Part shown: piece by piece, positions 40,074 through 49,520 of the stretch
Position numbering within the stretch: position 1 is the stretch's first letter
Layout: each line of letters begins with the position of its first letter
Assembly: GCA_039931595.1 (NCBI GenBank)
Contig: JBDTRT010000094.1
Span: 8,467 to 72,466, forward strand
Length of the DNA stretch: 64,000 nt
Direction: 5' to 3'
Source of the DNA: Sphingomicrobium sp.
Lineage (GTDB): Bacteria > Pseudomonadota > Alphaproteobacteria > Sphingomonadales > Sphingomonadaceae
Notes under the pieces: model-generated
Told to the model about the DNA's origin: nothing
The model's database searches: none
What the model saw: only the letters and a program-made list of their open reading frames with translations
Translations under genes and position numbers: made by a program

Positions 40074-40600
40074 TCCTGCCCGGCGCCAGCGTGGTCCAGA
40101 TGGCCTGGGTGGTCGACGAGCTCGAGGCCGCGGCGGAGCGCCTGTCGCGGGCGATGCAAGTCGGCCCGTTCCTGATGATCCGGCACATCAAGCTCGATGA
40201 TCCGCGCCATCGCGGCCAGCCCCAGCGGACCGATTTCAGCCTGTGCCTGGCCCAGGCCGGCGACGTCCAGATCGAGCTCGTCCAGCAGCATGATCAAACG
40301 CCCTCGGTCTATCGCGATTCATTCCCCGATGGCCCGCCCGGCGGGATCGCCTTCCACCACGTCGCGGTGATCGTCCCCGACGTGTTCGCCGAAACCGCGC
40401 GCTACAATGCGCTCGGCTTTCCGACCGCATCGAGCGGACGGTTCGGCGCGATCGACTTCACCTACGTCGACACAAGCGCAGCTGGCGGTTTCATGGTCGA
40501 AGTGCTGCCCGGCGCGCCCGACATGCACAGCTTTTTCGGCGCCGTGCGCCGGGCCGCCGAGGAATGGGACGGGCGCGAACCCTGGCGCGAAATGGCCTAA
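40070..40600 (+). CDS. VOC/glyoxalase family protein (methylmalonyl-CoA epimerase-like)
   Basis: QMAWVV, QIELVQ, FHHVA, MVE. Confidence 0.8.
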   Translation: MILPGASVVQMAWVVDELEAAAERLSRAMQVGPFLMIRHIKLDDPRHRGQPQRTDFSLCLAQAGDVQIELVQQHDQTPSVYRDSFPDGPPGGIAFHHVAVIVPDVFAETARYNALGFPTASSGRFGAIDFTYVDTSAAGGFMVEVLPGAPDMHSFFGAVRRAAEEWDGREPWREMA

Positions 40601-40896
40601 CTCAGCGACTTGTAGAAGCCGAGTTCCATATCGCTTGCCAGGCAAGCGAGGATCGGCGGCACCAAGCGGTCGTGAAAATCGATGCCCATATGATGATCGA
40701 ACGCGGCGGCGTCCTTGAACGTCGCGACACAATAGAATTCGTCGGGATTTTCGTCGGACTGGAGCAGTTCGTAGACCAACGCGTCGGGTTCCTGCTCGAA
40801 CACCAGGCCCTTCAATTCGGTTTGAAGCCGAACGAACTCGTCGCGCTTTTCGGGCTTGGTCACGAGCTTGGCAATGAACGACCTGGCTTCACTCAT
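40597..40896 (-). CDS. Antibiotic biosynthesis monooxygenase (ABM)-family protein
   Basis: 99-aa ferredoxin-like fold: EPDALVYEL...FKDAAAFDHH. Confidence 0.78.
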   Translation of the reverse strand: MSEARSFIAKLVTKPEKRDEFVRLQTELKGLVFEQEPDALVYELLQSDENPDEFYCVATFKDAAAFDHHMGIDFHDRLVPPILACLASDMELGFYKSLS

Positions 40897-42548
40897 GCGC
40901 CGGCTCCCTGGCTCAATTCTTCGGCCAGTTGATCGCGCAGCCGGAATTTCTGTATCTTGCTGGTCGACATCGGCCAGCTGGTGACGAAGCGCACATGGCG
41001 CGGAAGCTTGAAGCGCGCCAATTTGCCATGGCAATGGGCGATCAGCTCGGCCTCGGTCGCCGCCGCGCCTTCGGCCAGCTCGACGAACGCCGCCGGGACT
41101 TCGACATAGCGCACGTCGGGCAGGCCAACCACCTGCGCCAATTTCACCGCCGGATGCGATTGCAGCACCGCTTCGATCTCCGCCGCCGCAACATTCTCAC
41201 CGCCGACCTTCATCATGTCCTTGGTGCGGCCATGGAACATGATGTGGCCGTGCTCATCGAAGCTGCCGATATCTCCGGTGTGCAGCCAGCCGTCGCGGAT
41301 GCTCTCGGCATCCTTGTCGGGCGAGTTGTAATAGCCGGCGAGCATGTTGGGGCCGCGCGCGACGATCTCGCCTTTCTCGCCTGTGCCGCACGGCGTGTTG
41401 GTTTCGATATCGACGATTTTCACGTCCCAATCGTCGAGCGGGACTCCAAGCCGGCCGGTGCGTAATTCGTAACTGTCATCGGGATGGCTGGTGCAGATCG
41501 TTCCGGACCCCTCGGTCAGGCCATAGGTACCGACCTGAATGGTATGCGGCATCGCCTCTTTCATCTTCTCGCGGATCCAGTCCGGCTGGACCGCGAAATT
41601 GCTGTTCATCAGCCGCACGCTGGTAAGATCGGTGGTGGCGAACTTGGGATGCTCGATCAGATCCTGCATGATCGTCACGAAGCACGGATAAGCGTGGGTC
41701 GCCTGCTCGCTCGCCAGCATGTCGAGCGCCACCCCGGCGTCGAAATTGGGGATCGTCAGATAACTCCCGCCGAGGTCGAGCACGGCGACCATCGGCAGGA
41801 TCCCGGCGATGTGGAAAATCGGCAGCGGCGACCAGAACCGATCGCCCGGCTGCATCTTGTAGCGGCGACCGAGATTGCGGCTGTTGCCGACGATCCCGCG
41901 GTGGCGGATCATGCAACCTTTGGGGCGGGCGGTGGTGCCTGAAGTGTAGAGGATCAGCGCGATCGATTGCGGGTCGGTGGCGTCGATCCGGCGGTCGATT
42001 TCGGAATCGTCGATCGCGGCGCCGCCGGCGATCGCCTGCGCCTTGCCGATAAGCCCGACCGGGCACGGCTCATCGACGCAGATGATCTGGCGCAGCTTGG
42101 GCGCTTCGGGCAGCGCGAGGTGCAGCGCGTCGCCGGCCTGTCCAAGCGACGGCAGCGCGGTCAGCAGGCGGTCGGCGAAATCGAGATTGTCGGCGGTCTT
42201 GCCGGTGGTCACCATCACCACCAGGTCGGCATCCTTGACCAGATAAGCGAGTTCGCCCGGCTGGTAGCGGGCGTTGACCGGCACCGCGACCGCGCCGGCC
42301 ATCGCAATCCCGAACAGGATCGCGACAAAGTCCGGCCGCGTGGTCAGCAGGATCCCGACATTGTCGCCCGGCTGTACACCCAATGCGACCAGGGCCTTGG
42401 CCCAGCTTCGGGCGGCGGCGTTGAGTTCGCCATGCGTCTCGCGCCCGTCGGGAAAGACCAGGGCATCATTGTTCGCATAGTCGGCCGCGCTTTTGCGCAG
42501 CATCGCGCCAAGCGTGCTGACGCTATCGCTGACGTCTGGCTCGCTCAT
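40893..42548 (-). CDS. Acyl-CoA synthetase (AMP-binding)
   Basis: YTSGTTARPKG, YGLTE, TGD, GRTKD, KIQK. Confidence 0.93.
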   Translation of the reverse strand: MSEPDVSDSVSTLGAMLRKSAADYANNDALVFPDGRETHGELNAAARSWAKALVALGVQPGDNVGILLTTRPDFVAILFGIAMAGAVAVPVNARYQPGELAYLVKDADLVVMVTTGKTADNLDFADRLLTALPSLGQAGDALHLALPEAPKLRQIICVDEPCPVGLIGKAQAIAGGAAIDDSEIDRRIDATDPQSIALILYTSGTTARPKGCMIRHRGIVGNSRNLGRRYKMQPGDRFWSPLPIFHIAGILPMVAVLDLGGSYLTIPNFDAGVALDMLASEQATHAYPCFVTIMQDLIEHPKFATTDLTSVRLMNSNFAVQPDWIREKMKEAMPHTIQVGTYGLTEGSGTICTSHPDDSYELRTGRLGVPLDDWDVKIVDIETNTPCGTGEKGEIVARGPNMLAGYYNSPDKDAESIRDGWLHTGDIGSFDEHGHIMFHGRTKDMMKVGGENVAAAEIEAVLQSHPAVKLAQVVGLPDVRYVEVPAAFVELAEGAAATEAELIAHCHGKLARFKLPRHVRFVTSWPMSTSKIQKFRLRDQLAEELSQGAGA

Positions 42549-42838
42549 GTTTGGGTCACATCGTAGAGCATCTCGCGTTCATAGCCGCCGTCGATGATGT
42601 CGATCATCTTGGCGATCACCGGGGCGCTGGCGGGATTGGCCTGATGCGCTTTGTCGGCCGCTTCGTTGGCGAAGCTTTCGAACACCGCGTAACCGCCGTC
42701 CTGGTCGAGCCGGTAGAATTTGTAAGCGAGCGTGTCGGCCTCGACCGCGGCATGGCCTTCCATCTCGGCGATCAGATCGACGAACTCGGCGTCACGCTCG
42801 GGCTTGATGCGAAAGCGGGAAAGGAAGCTGTAGGCCAT
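42545..42838 (-). CDS. ABM-family protein
   Basis: 97 aa; EADTLAYKFY...FESFANEAADKAH. Confidence 0.75.
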   Translation of the reverse strand: MAYSFLSRFRIKPERDAEFVDLIAEMEGHAAVEADTLAYKFYRLDQDGGYAVFESFANEAADKAHQANPASAPVIAKMIDIIDGGYEREMLYDVTQT

Positions 42839-44190
42839 TATTTCTCCCCAGCGATGTAGCGGTCGAGCTCGCTGTGAAAATGGCGCAGGCGCCCTTCCTG
42901 ATAACTCCACAAGGGCCCGCGGAAACCGCGCGAGCGAGCGCCTTTCTGGACGATCGGCAGAAGCTCCGAATCCTGATCGAGCACTTCGCCCAGTTCCGGC
43001 GGCACGCCGAGCGGCACCCGCGTGACGTCGGGCCGCAGCATGCCGGTGGTGTCGACGTCATCTCCGACCCCCATCCATGCAGGCGGCCGGTACCCGGGCG
43101 CGTCGACGTGGGCAAAGCTGATGATGTTGTCGTATGTGAACTGCTCGGGGTCGGTCGGGTGGGGCAGGAAGCGGTGGATGAACAGGGCTTCCGGATGGCA
43201 GCCGATCTGGACGTTGGGGAAGATGCCGTAGATCGTTGAATCGCTCAGCTGAGTGTCGCTGAACTTGTCATAATCGAGCCCATGCTTCTTGGCGCGGTCA
43301 CGCTTGGCCGACTGGATCGCCGCGCGGCTTTCCTGAGCGGTGCCGCCATAACTGTCGGGATCGATGCCCGCATCGGACAGCATCATCTTGATCCCGGCGT
43401 TGACCCCGAGCTGGTCGGGGAAGCGCGGGCTGGGCTGAGCAAAGGGCACGAACTGGCGGCTCATGCCATTGGGATAGAGATCGATCTGCGTGCGGTCATC
43501 CATCACCGCTTGGGTTTGCGGGTGCACCGAGTGCAGGTGGTAGATCTCATAGAAAGCGTCGACGCCGCCCTTCCAATTGGCGCCCCACCCGCTCTGCTTG
43601 TGGTGAATGACGTTCATTGCACCGATGTCATATAGCTCAAGCTGGTCGGCGACCGGACCGAGGAAATCGCGCAGCGGCGGTGCATCCGGGTTCATGGTGA
43701 TGAACACCAGGCCCGCCGCGGCTTCGCAGCGGACGCTGGTCATGTCCGTGCCATGGCACAGCACGTCGGGGTTGAAAGTGTCTTCGTCGGTGATCTTGAT
43801 ATTGTGGCCGTCGAGCCCGAATTGCCAGCTGTGAAAGGGGCAGGTGAATTGATTGATCGAGCCGAAGTCGGTCAGCACCACCTGGCTGCCGCGGTGCGGG
43901 CATACGTTATAATGCGCGCGCAGTCCGCCATCCTTGTCGCGAACGACAATGAAGCTTTCGTCGCCGATGTCGAATTTCACGAAATCGCCCGGCTCGCGAA
44001 GATCGGATTCGACCGCCGCCAGCAGCCAGGTGCGGGTCCACAGCTGGTCCCACTCGGCGCGCATGAAGCCGGGGTCGAAATAGCGCTGCGGGGTCGACCG
44101 CCCAGTGCCGTTGTCGATCGTCGGCGCACGCTCATTGAACGGATGCGGCGGGCCAACGTGAATGTCCCAGCCGTTAAAATCATAACCCAT
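42838..44190 (-). CDS. Rieske non-heme iron oxygenase alpha subunit (2)
   Basis: CPH...CPFH; DAFYEIYHLHSVH; LDQD; RBS GAGGA. Confidence 0.92.
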   Translation of the reverse strand: MGYDFNGWDIHVGPPHPFNERAPTIDNGTGRSTPQRYFDPGFMRAEWDQLWTRTWLLAAVESDLREPGDFVKFDIGDESFIVVRDKDGGLRAHYNVCPHRGSQVVLTDFGSINQFTCPFHSWQFGLDGHNIKITDEDTFNPDVLCHGTDMTSVRCEAAAGLVFITMNPDAPPLRDFLGPVADQLELYDIGAMNVIHHKQSGWGANWKGGVDAFYEIYHLHSVHPQTQAVMDDRTQIDLYPNGMSRQFVPFAQPSPRFPDQLGVNAGIKMMLSDAGIDPDSYGGTAQESRAAIQSAKRDRAKKHGLDYDKFSDTQLSDSTIYGIFPNVQIGCHPEALFIHRFLPHPTDPEQFTYDNIISFAHVDAPGYRPPAWMGVGDDVDTTGMLRPDVTRVPLGVPPELGEVLDQDSELLPIVQKGARSRGFRGPLWSYQEGRLRHFHSELDRYIAGEK

Positions 44191-44228
44191 GGCGAGTCGT
44201 TCCTCGGTGTGCGTGCGAACGAGCCTTA

Positions 44229-44250
44229 AAAAACAATCATGACTGTTTTT
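44229..44250. promoter_or_regulatory. Palindromic operator, copy 3
   Basis: AAAAACAAT-CATG-ACTGTTTTT upstream of Rieske 2. Confidence 0.85.
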
Positions 44251-44351
44251 CAATAGCTCCCCATCAAACCGGCCCGCAGAGCGGTGCAGCTGGCGCATTT
44301 GATTGGTTTTTCTTAGCGCATTTCGGCGCGGCAAGGCAGCCAGCCCTACCA

Positions 44352-44381
44352 AATAAAAAACAAACATGATTGATTGTTATT
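44352..44381. promoter_or_regulatory. Palindromic operator, copy 4 (extended)
   Basis: AATAA-AAAACAAA-CATG-ATTGATTG-TTATT upstream of the TonB receptor. Confidence 0.8.
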
Positions 44382-44476
44382 CGCTGCTGTGTCAGCAAAT
44401 GCAGCGGAGAGAAGGCCGGGGGACGTGATCGCGCGTGAGCGCGCTTGCGCCGGCCGAGCAACAAGGGGGAATTTCG

Positions 44477-47038
44477 ATGCGCTGCGATCATCTACTTGGG
44501 ACCGTTGCCACGTTTGCGATGCTGTCAGCCTTGGCTTCGCCGGCAATCGCGCAAACCGCGTCTCCGGAGGCCCCCGAGCAGGTGGATTCGGCGCAGCCAG
44601 CCGCAACGGTCAGCGAAGCGCCAGCCGAGCCGGCTCTGCCCAGCGACACCCAGGCAGTGGCCGAGCCCGCCGAGGGCATCGGGGACATCGTGATCACCGC
44701 GACTCGCCGCGAGACCAAGCTGCAACGAACGCCGATCGCGGTGTCGGTCGTCGACCAAAATCTGATCAACCAGGCGAGCCCCGACAATATTGGCGATCTC
44801 GCGCTCTACGTGCCCAATTTCTCGGCTGAAACCATTACCGGGTTCAACGCCGCCAGCTTCGCCATGCGCGGTGTCGGCCAGAACAACATCATCGTCTATT
44901 TCGAGCCACCGGTGGTGGTGCTGGTCGACGACTTCGTCATGCCATCGGTGCAAACCCAATTGCTCGACACGTTCGATGTGTCGCAGGTCGAAGTGCTGCG
45001 CGGGCCGCAGGGGACGCTGTTCGGCAAGAACTCGTCGGGCGGCGCGGTCACCGTCCGCACCAAGCGGCCGGAGCTCGACAGATTGTTCGCTGACGGCGAA
45101 GTCAGTTACGGCAGTTTCAACACCCGCTCAGCCAAGGCCGCGGTCAATGTCCCGATCGGCCAAATTGCCGCGCTGCGGATCGTCGGCGGTTATGAAAAGA
45201 GCGATGGCTATTACAAGAACGGGGCCTGTTACGGACCGGTCAACAATTTCACCGTCGACGACCCTGATACTCCGGCCAACGAGCATTTCCCGTCGAAATT
45301 CGACGGCGTCTCGGGCTGCCTCAATGACGGGCACATCGGTGGCAAGGACGTGGTCAATGCGCGGGTCAAGCTGCTCGTCCAGCCGACTGCCAACCTCAAG
45401 GCGCTGTTCCAGTACGAGATCCTGCGCGACCGGTCCGGCACCGTGCCGTCGGTCAACGAGAACGAACTCTATACCGGGACCGTTCCGTTCCTCACCGACC
45501 TGCTCGGAATCAAGGCGCCCAACCGCAGCAACGACCCGCTCGACAATGCCGGGGTTACGCTGCGCAACGATACTTTCCAGCGCAACAAGCAGCGGATCAA
45601 TGTCGACGGGCTCTACGCCAACCTCGACTACAACTTTAACATCGGCACGCTGACCTCGGTCACCGGCTGGCGCAAGCAGACTTCGCGCCTGCCCAATTCC
45701 TATGCCGGCGTGACCGCGGTCGCGGCCGACGGGGACCGGTTGTCGGTGTTCGACGCCTCACGCGACGACGATCGCAAGACCTTCCAGCAGGAACTGCGCT
45801 TCGCCAGCAATCTCGGCGGGCCGTTCGATTTCGTCGCCGGCGCCTTTTACCAGCATGACACCGTCGATTTTTGCGTGTCGCAGCTGCTCGGCTTCCTCGA
45901 TCTCGCTTCCGGACCGCTGCCGTTCGGCAGCTGGAACGATACCCCGTACATCCTGTGCAACGCCCAGAAGGCCAAATCCTCCGCCGTGTTTGCCGAGGGC
46001 AATTACAAGTTCACCGACCGCCTGACCCTGACCGCCGGCGTACGCCAGACGTGGGACGACAAAGTTTGGAAGGGACGTCAGCAGACCTTCATTCCAACCC
46101 TGGAAGGCGGCTTCGATCTCGGCATCTCGCTCGACGAGCCGCTCGATGCCAGCGTTTATAATTATCCGGTCGGCGTGATCACGCTCAAGGACAAGTCCAA
46201 GAAACTAACCTACCGCCTCAGCCTGGGCTATCAGGCGACCGACGATATCTTCGTCTATGCGACCCACGCCACCGGCTACAAGGGCGGCGGCTTCAACGAT
46301 CAGATCGGCGGGTTTGCGGCGTTCGGGGCGGATCTCGACGCGTTTCGTGAAGCAGCGCGCGCAACCAAGCCGGAAACCGCGAGCAGCTATGAAGCCGGGA
46401 TCAAATCCGACCTTCTCGACCATCACCTGCGCGCCAATCTGACCGGCTTCTATGTGAAATATGCCGACCTTCAGAAGCAGCTCAACGTCCCGCTGGTGGT
46501 CAACGGCCAGCCCAACCAGGTGACGATCTTCGTCAACGCCGCATCGGCCACGGTCAAAGGCATTGAGGCCGAACTCACCGCCAAGCCGGTGTCCAACCTG
46601 ACGATGCGTGCGATCCTCGGCTACCAGGATGCCAAATACGATAAATATTCCGCGCCCAATGCCGGTTACGATCTGTCCACTTCACCGCTCGATCGCGCGC
46701 CCAAGTGGCAGTGGACCCTGGCCGGGAATTACGCCGTGCCGCTGGGCGCGTTCAAAGTGACCTTCGACGGCAGCATCGCCTATCAAAGCCGCAACCTGTT
46801 CACCCAGTCGATCACCGATCCGTTGGGCAACACGTTTCTCAACGCCCGCACGCTGGTCGACGCATCGATCACGTTCGCTGATGTCGAGGACCGCTACTAT
46901 GTGCGGCTGATTGGCCAGAATTTGACCGACGAGCGCTATCGCACCGCGTCGCAGAACGTGGCGGGACTGTGGCTCAACAGCCAATACGGGCCGCCGCGCT
47001 TCTTCGGAGTCCAGGCGGGCCTCCACGTCGGCAAATAA
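44477..47038 (+). CDS. TonB-dependent outer-membrane receptor
   Basis: Signal peptide, DIVITATRRE TonB box, VEVLRGPQGTLFGKN, GYKGGGFN, NLTDERY. Confidence 0.93.
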   Translation: MRCDHLLGTVATFAMLSALASPAIAQTASPEAPEQVDSAQPAATVSEAPAEPALPSDTQAVAEPAEGIGDIVITATRRETKLQRTPIAVSVVDQNLINQASPDNIGDLALYVPNFSAETITGFNAASFAMRGVGQNNIIVYFEPPVVVLVDDFVMPSVQTQLLDTFDVSQVEVLRGPQGTLFGKNSSGGAVTVRTKRPELDRLFADGEVSYGSFNTRSAKAAVNVPIGQIAALRIVGGYEKSDGYYKNGACYGPVNNFTVDDPDTPANEHFPSKFDGVSGCLNDGHIGGKDVVNARVKLLVQPTANLKALFQYEILRDRSGTVPSVNENELYTGTVPFLTDLLGIKAPNRSNDPLDNAGVTLRNDTFQRNKQRINVDGLYANLDYNFNIGTLTSVTGWRKQTSRLPNSYAGVTAVAADGDRLSVFDASRDDDRKTFQQELRFASNLGGPFDFVAGAFYQHDTVDFCVSQLLGFLDLASGPLPFGSWNDTPYILCNAQKAKSSAVFAEGNYKFTDRLTLTAGVRQTWDDKVWKGRQQTFIPTLEGGFDLGISLDEPLDASVYNYPVGVITLKDKSKKLTYRLSLGYQATDDIFVYATHATGYKGGGFNDQIGGFAAFGADLDAFREAARATKPETASSYEAGIKSDLLDHHLRANLTGFYVKYADLQKQLNVPLVVNGQPNQVTIFVNAASATVKGIEAELTAKPVSNLTMRAILGYQDAKYDKYSAPNAGYDLSTSPLDRAPKWQWTLAGNYAVPLGAFKVTFDGSIAYQSRNLFTQSITDPLGNTFLNARTLVDASITFADVEDRYYVRLIGQNLTDERYRTASQNVAGLWLNSQYGPPRFFGVQAGLHVGK

Positions 47039-47039
47039 T

Positions 47040-48938
47040 GTGAGGCTCCGGCAGCGCCTTTCGATTTCCACGTTGGCGATTGGGCTGACGATCGGGCTAG
47101 GCGCTTGCCAGGGCGGTCACGAAGACAGCAACCAGGCCGGTGAGCTGGTCCAGTCGACCGACGAGTTCCAGTCGCGCGCGGGCAAGCCGATCGACGTCGA
47201 ACATCATCCCGGCAAGGATCTGTTCGAGACCAATTGCGCCGGTTGCCACAATGGCGCGGTGCCCAAGGCGCCGCAGCAGGTGTGGCTCGAAATGATGTCC
47301 CCCGATGCGGTGCTGGCGGCGCTCAACGGCGGCGTCATGGCGCGCCAGGCGGCGGCGCTCAGTCCGCAGCAGCGGGTCCAGATCGCCGAATATCTGTCGC
47401 GCATCAGCCTGGCCGATTACAAGGCTCCGGCGCCGTCCGCGCGCTGCCCATCGGCGCAGCTCGCCGGCAACCAGCCGCCGGCGCTGGTCGGTTGGGGTCA
47501 CGACAATCGCCGCTTTGTGCCGGCTAGCGTGGCTGGACTGGCCAAGGCCGATGTCCCGCGCCTCAAGCTCAAATGGGCGTTCGCCTACCCCGGCGCGATC
47601 CGCGCCCGGTCGCAACCAGCGATCGGCTGGGGGACATTATTCGTCGGCGGCCACGACGGCACGCTTTACGCGTTCGATCTGGCCACCGGCTGCCTGCGCT
47701 GGAGCTCGCGCGTGTCGGCCGAAGTCCGCACCGCGATCGTCGCCGACCCCGCCAGCAAGCGGCTCTATTTCGGCGATATCCTCGGCCGCGCTTACGCGCT
47801 CGACGCGATGACCGGCCGGTTGCTGTGGAAGCGCAAGGTCGACGATCATCCCAATGCGACGATCACCGGAACGCCGACTTTGGCCGCGGGCATGCTGTTC
47901 GTGCCGGTCTCGTCGCTCGAGGTGACGTCCGCCGCCGACCCGAAATATGCCTGCTGCACCTTCCGCGGCAAGGTCATCGCCCTCAACCTCGCCGACGGCA
48001 GCGAGAAATGGCGCGCTTTCACGGTGACCGAACCGCCGCGGTCGCAGGGCAAGACCAGCACTGGCACCAGCATCCTCGGGCCATCCGGCGCGCCGGTGTG
48101 GAATGCGCCGACCTATGATGCCAAGCGCGGCCTGCTCTATTTCGGCAGCGGCGAAAATTATTCGAGCCCGGCCGACGCCAACAGCGATGCGGTGATCGCG
48201 GTCCACGCGGCCACCGGCAAGCGCAAGTGGACCGCGCAACTGACCCGCGGCGATGCGTGGAACGTCGGCTGCATGATGGCCAATGAAAATTGCCCGAAGG
48301 AAAAAGGCCCCGATCTCGACGTCGCCGCTTCGCCGCTGTTGATCCCGATCGGCGGCGGGCGCGATATCATCGTCGCCGGCCAGAAATCGGGCGTGGTCTT
48401 CGGTATCGATCCCGACAGTGGCAAACTGCTGTGGCAGCGCCGCCTGGGCCATGGCGGCACGCAGGGCGGGGTTCACTTCGGCATGGCCGCCGAGGGCCTG
48501 CGGGTGTTCGTGCCGATCAACGACATGGCCGACACCAAGGACGGCCGGAAATATGACGCGCGCATCAGCGGCGCCGGTCTTCACGCGCTCGACGCCAGGA
48601 GCGGCCGGGTGCTGTGGAGCAATAAGGCGCCCGACAATTGCGCGGGCAAACCGTTCTGCGACCCCGGCATTTCATCGGCGGTGACGGCGATCCCCGGCGT
48701 GGTCTTTGCCGGCCACCTCGACGGTCAGTTCCGCGCCTATGACTCGGTTACCGGCAAGGTCCTGTGGGCGGTCGACACCACTCGGCCGGTCAAGACCATC
48801 ACCGGCGCCGAGGGGCATGGCGGCGGCATGAGCGGACCCGGCGCGGCAATTGGCGACGGCTATGTCGCGGTCAATTCGGGCTACGGGCTTTATTACCACA
48901 TGCCCGGCAACGTCCTGCTGGTGTTTGCAGCCCGCTAG
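47040..48938 (+). CDS. Cytochrome c-PQQ dehydrogenase lipoprotein (polyvinyl-alcohol-dehydrogenase-like)
   Basis: Lipobox LGAC, CAGCH heme site, W-repeat beta-propeller, CCTFRG, GPSGAPVW, GSGENYS, GQKSG. Confidence 0.88.
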   Translation: MRLRQRLSISTLAIGLTIGLGACQGGHEDSNQAGELVQSTDEFQSRAGKPIDVEHHPGKDLFETNCAGCHNGAVPKAPQQVWLEMMSPDAVLAALNGGVMARQAAALSPQQRVQIAEYLSRISLADYKAPAPSARCPSAQLAGNQPPALVGWGHDNRRFVPASVAGLAKADVPRLKLKWAFAYPGAIRARSQPAIGWGTLFVGGHDGTLYAFDLATGCLRWSSRVSAEVRTAIVADPASKRLYFGDILGRAYALDAMTGRLLWKRKVDDHPNATITGTPTLAAGMLFVPVSSLEVTSAADPKYACCTFRGKVIALNLADGSEKWRAFTVTEPPRSQGKTSTGTSILGPSGAPVWNAPTYDAKRGLLYFGSGENYSSPADANSDAVIAVHAATGKRKWTAQLTRGDAWNVGCMMANENCPKEKGPDLDVAASPLLIPIGGGRDIIVAGQKSGVVFGIDPDSGKLLWQRRLGHGGTQGGVHFGMAAEGLRVFVPINDMADTKDGRKYDARISGAGLHALDARSGRVLWSNKAPDNCAGKPFCDPGISSAVTAIPGVVFAGHLDGQFRAYDSVTGKVLWAVDTTRPVKTITGAEGHGGGMSGPGAAIGDGYVAVNSGYGLYYHMPGNVLLVFAAR

Positions 48939-49510
48939 GCGGCGGCGGCGGCGGCGGCAGGAGCGAACGGACAGCTCGGCTCCTTCTCGACCAGGTCGAG
49001 CACGAACGCCATCTTGGCCATTCCGCCAATGAACCCGGCAACCACGCCAAGCTCGCAGATCTGCGCATCGTTGAAATGCGCGCGCAGGCGCCGGTGGAGC
49101 GCCTCGTCGAGCCGTCCACCGGGGTTGGTCAGGATCATCTCGTCGGCGAAGTCGAGCACCGCCCGCTCGGCGTCGGTGAAGCCAGTGCGATCACCCTCGA
49201 TGGAGGCGATCTGGACATCGTCATAGCCCGCCTCGCGCGCGCCGACGCGGTTTTGCAGATTGCAGCTGCGGCAGCCGTGCGCGAGGCTCAGGCGAAGCCG
49301 GACCAATTGCTTGTATTTCTGTTCGACGCGCCCGCCGAAAAAGATCTTCTGGTAGAATTCGACCATCGCGAAATTGAGCAGTTCGGGCGCGCTGGCCATC
49401 GCCTCGATGAAGGTCGGCTCGCCGGTCAACCCGTTGAGCATGTCCCACGCCCCCTGCCACTGGGGGTCGAGCTGGTCGCGCGGGATTCGGCTGAGCGCGG
49501 TGTCGGACAT
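48935..49510 (-). CDS. Carboxymuconolactone decarboxylase/AhpD-family protein
   Basis: KQLVRLRLS..HGCRSCN; FTDAERAVLDFAD. Confidence 0.82.
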   Translation of the reverse strand: MSDTALSRIPRDQLDPQWQGAWDMLNGLTGEPTFIEAMASAPELLNFAMVEFYQKIFFGGRVEQKYKQLVRLRLSLAHGCRSCNLQNRVGAREAGYDDVQIASIEGDRTGFTDAERAVLDFADEMILTNPGGRLDEALHRRLRAHFNDAQICELGVVAGFIGGMAKMAFVLDLVEKEPSCPFAPAAAAAAA

Positions 49511-49520
49511 GATGTTCTCC

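Noticed and set aside
44295-44312. Sixth operator copy (CATTTGATTGGTTTTT)
   Set aside because: Only a half-site; lacks the AAAAACA arm and the CATG centre.
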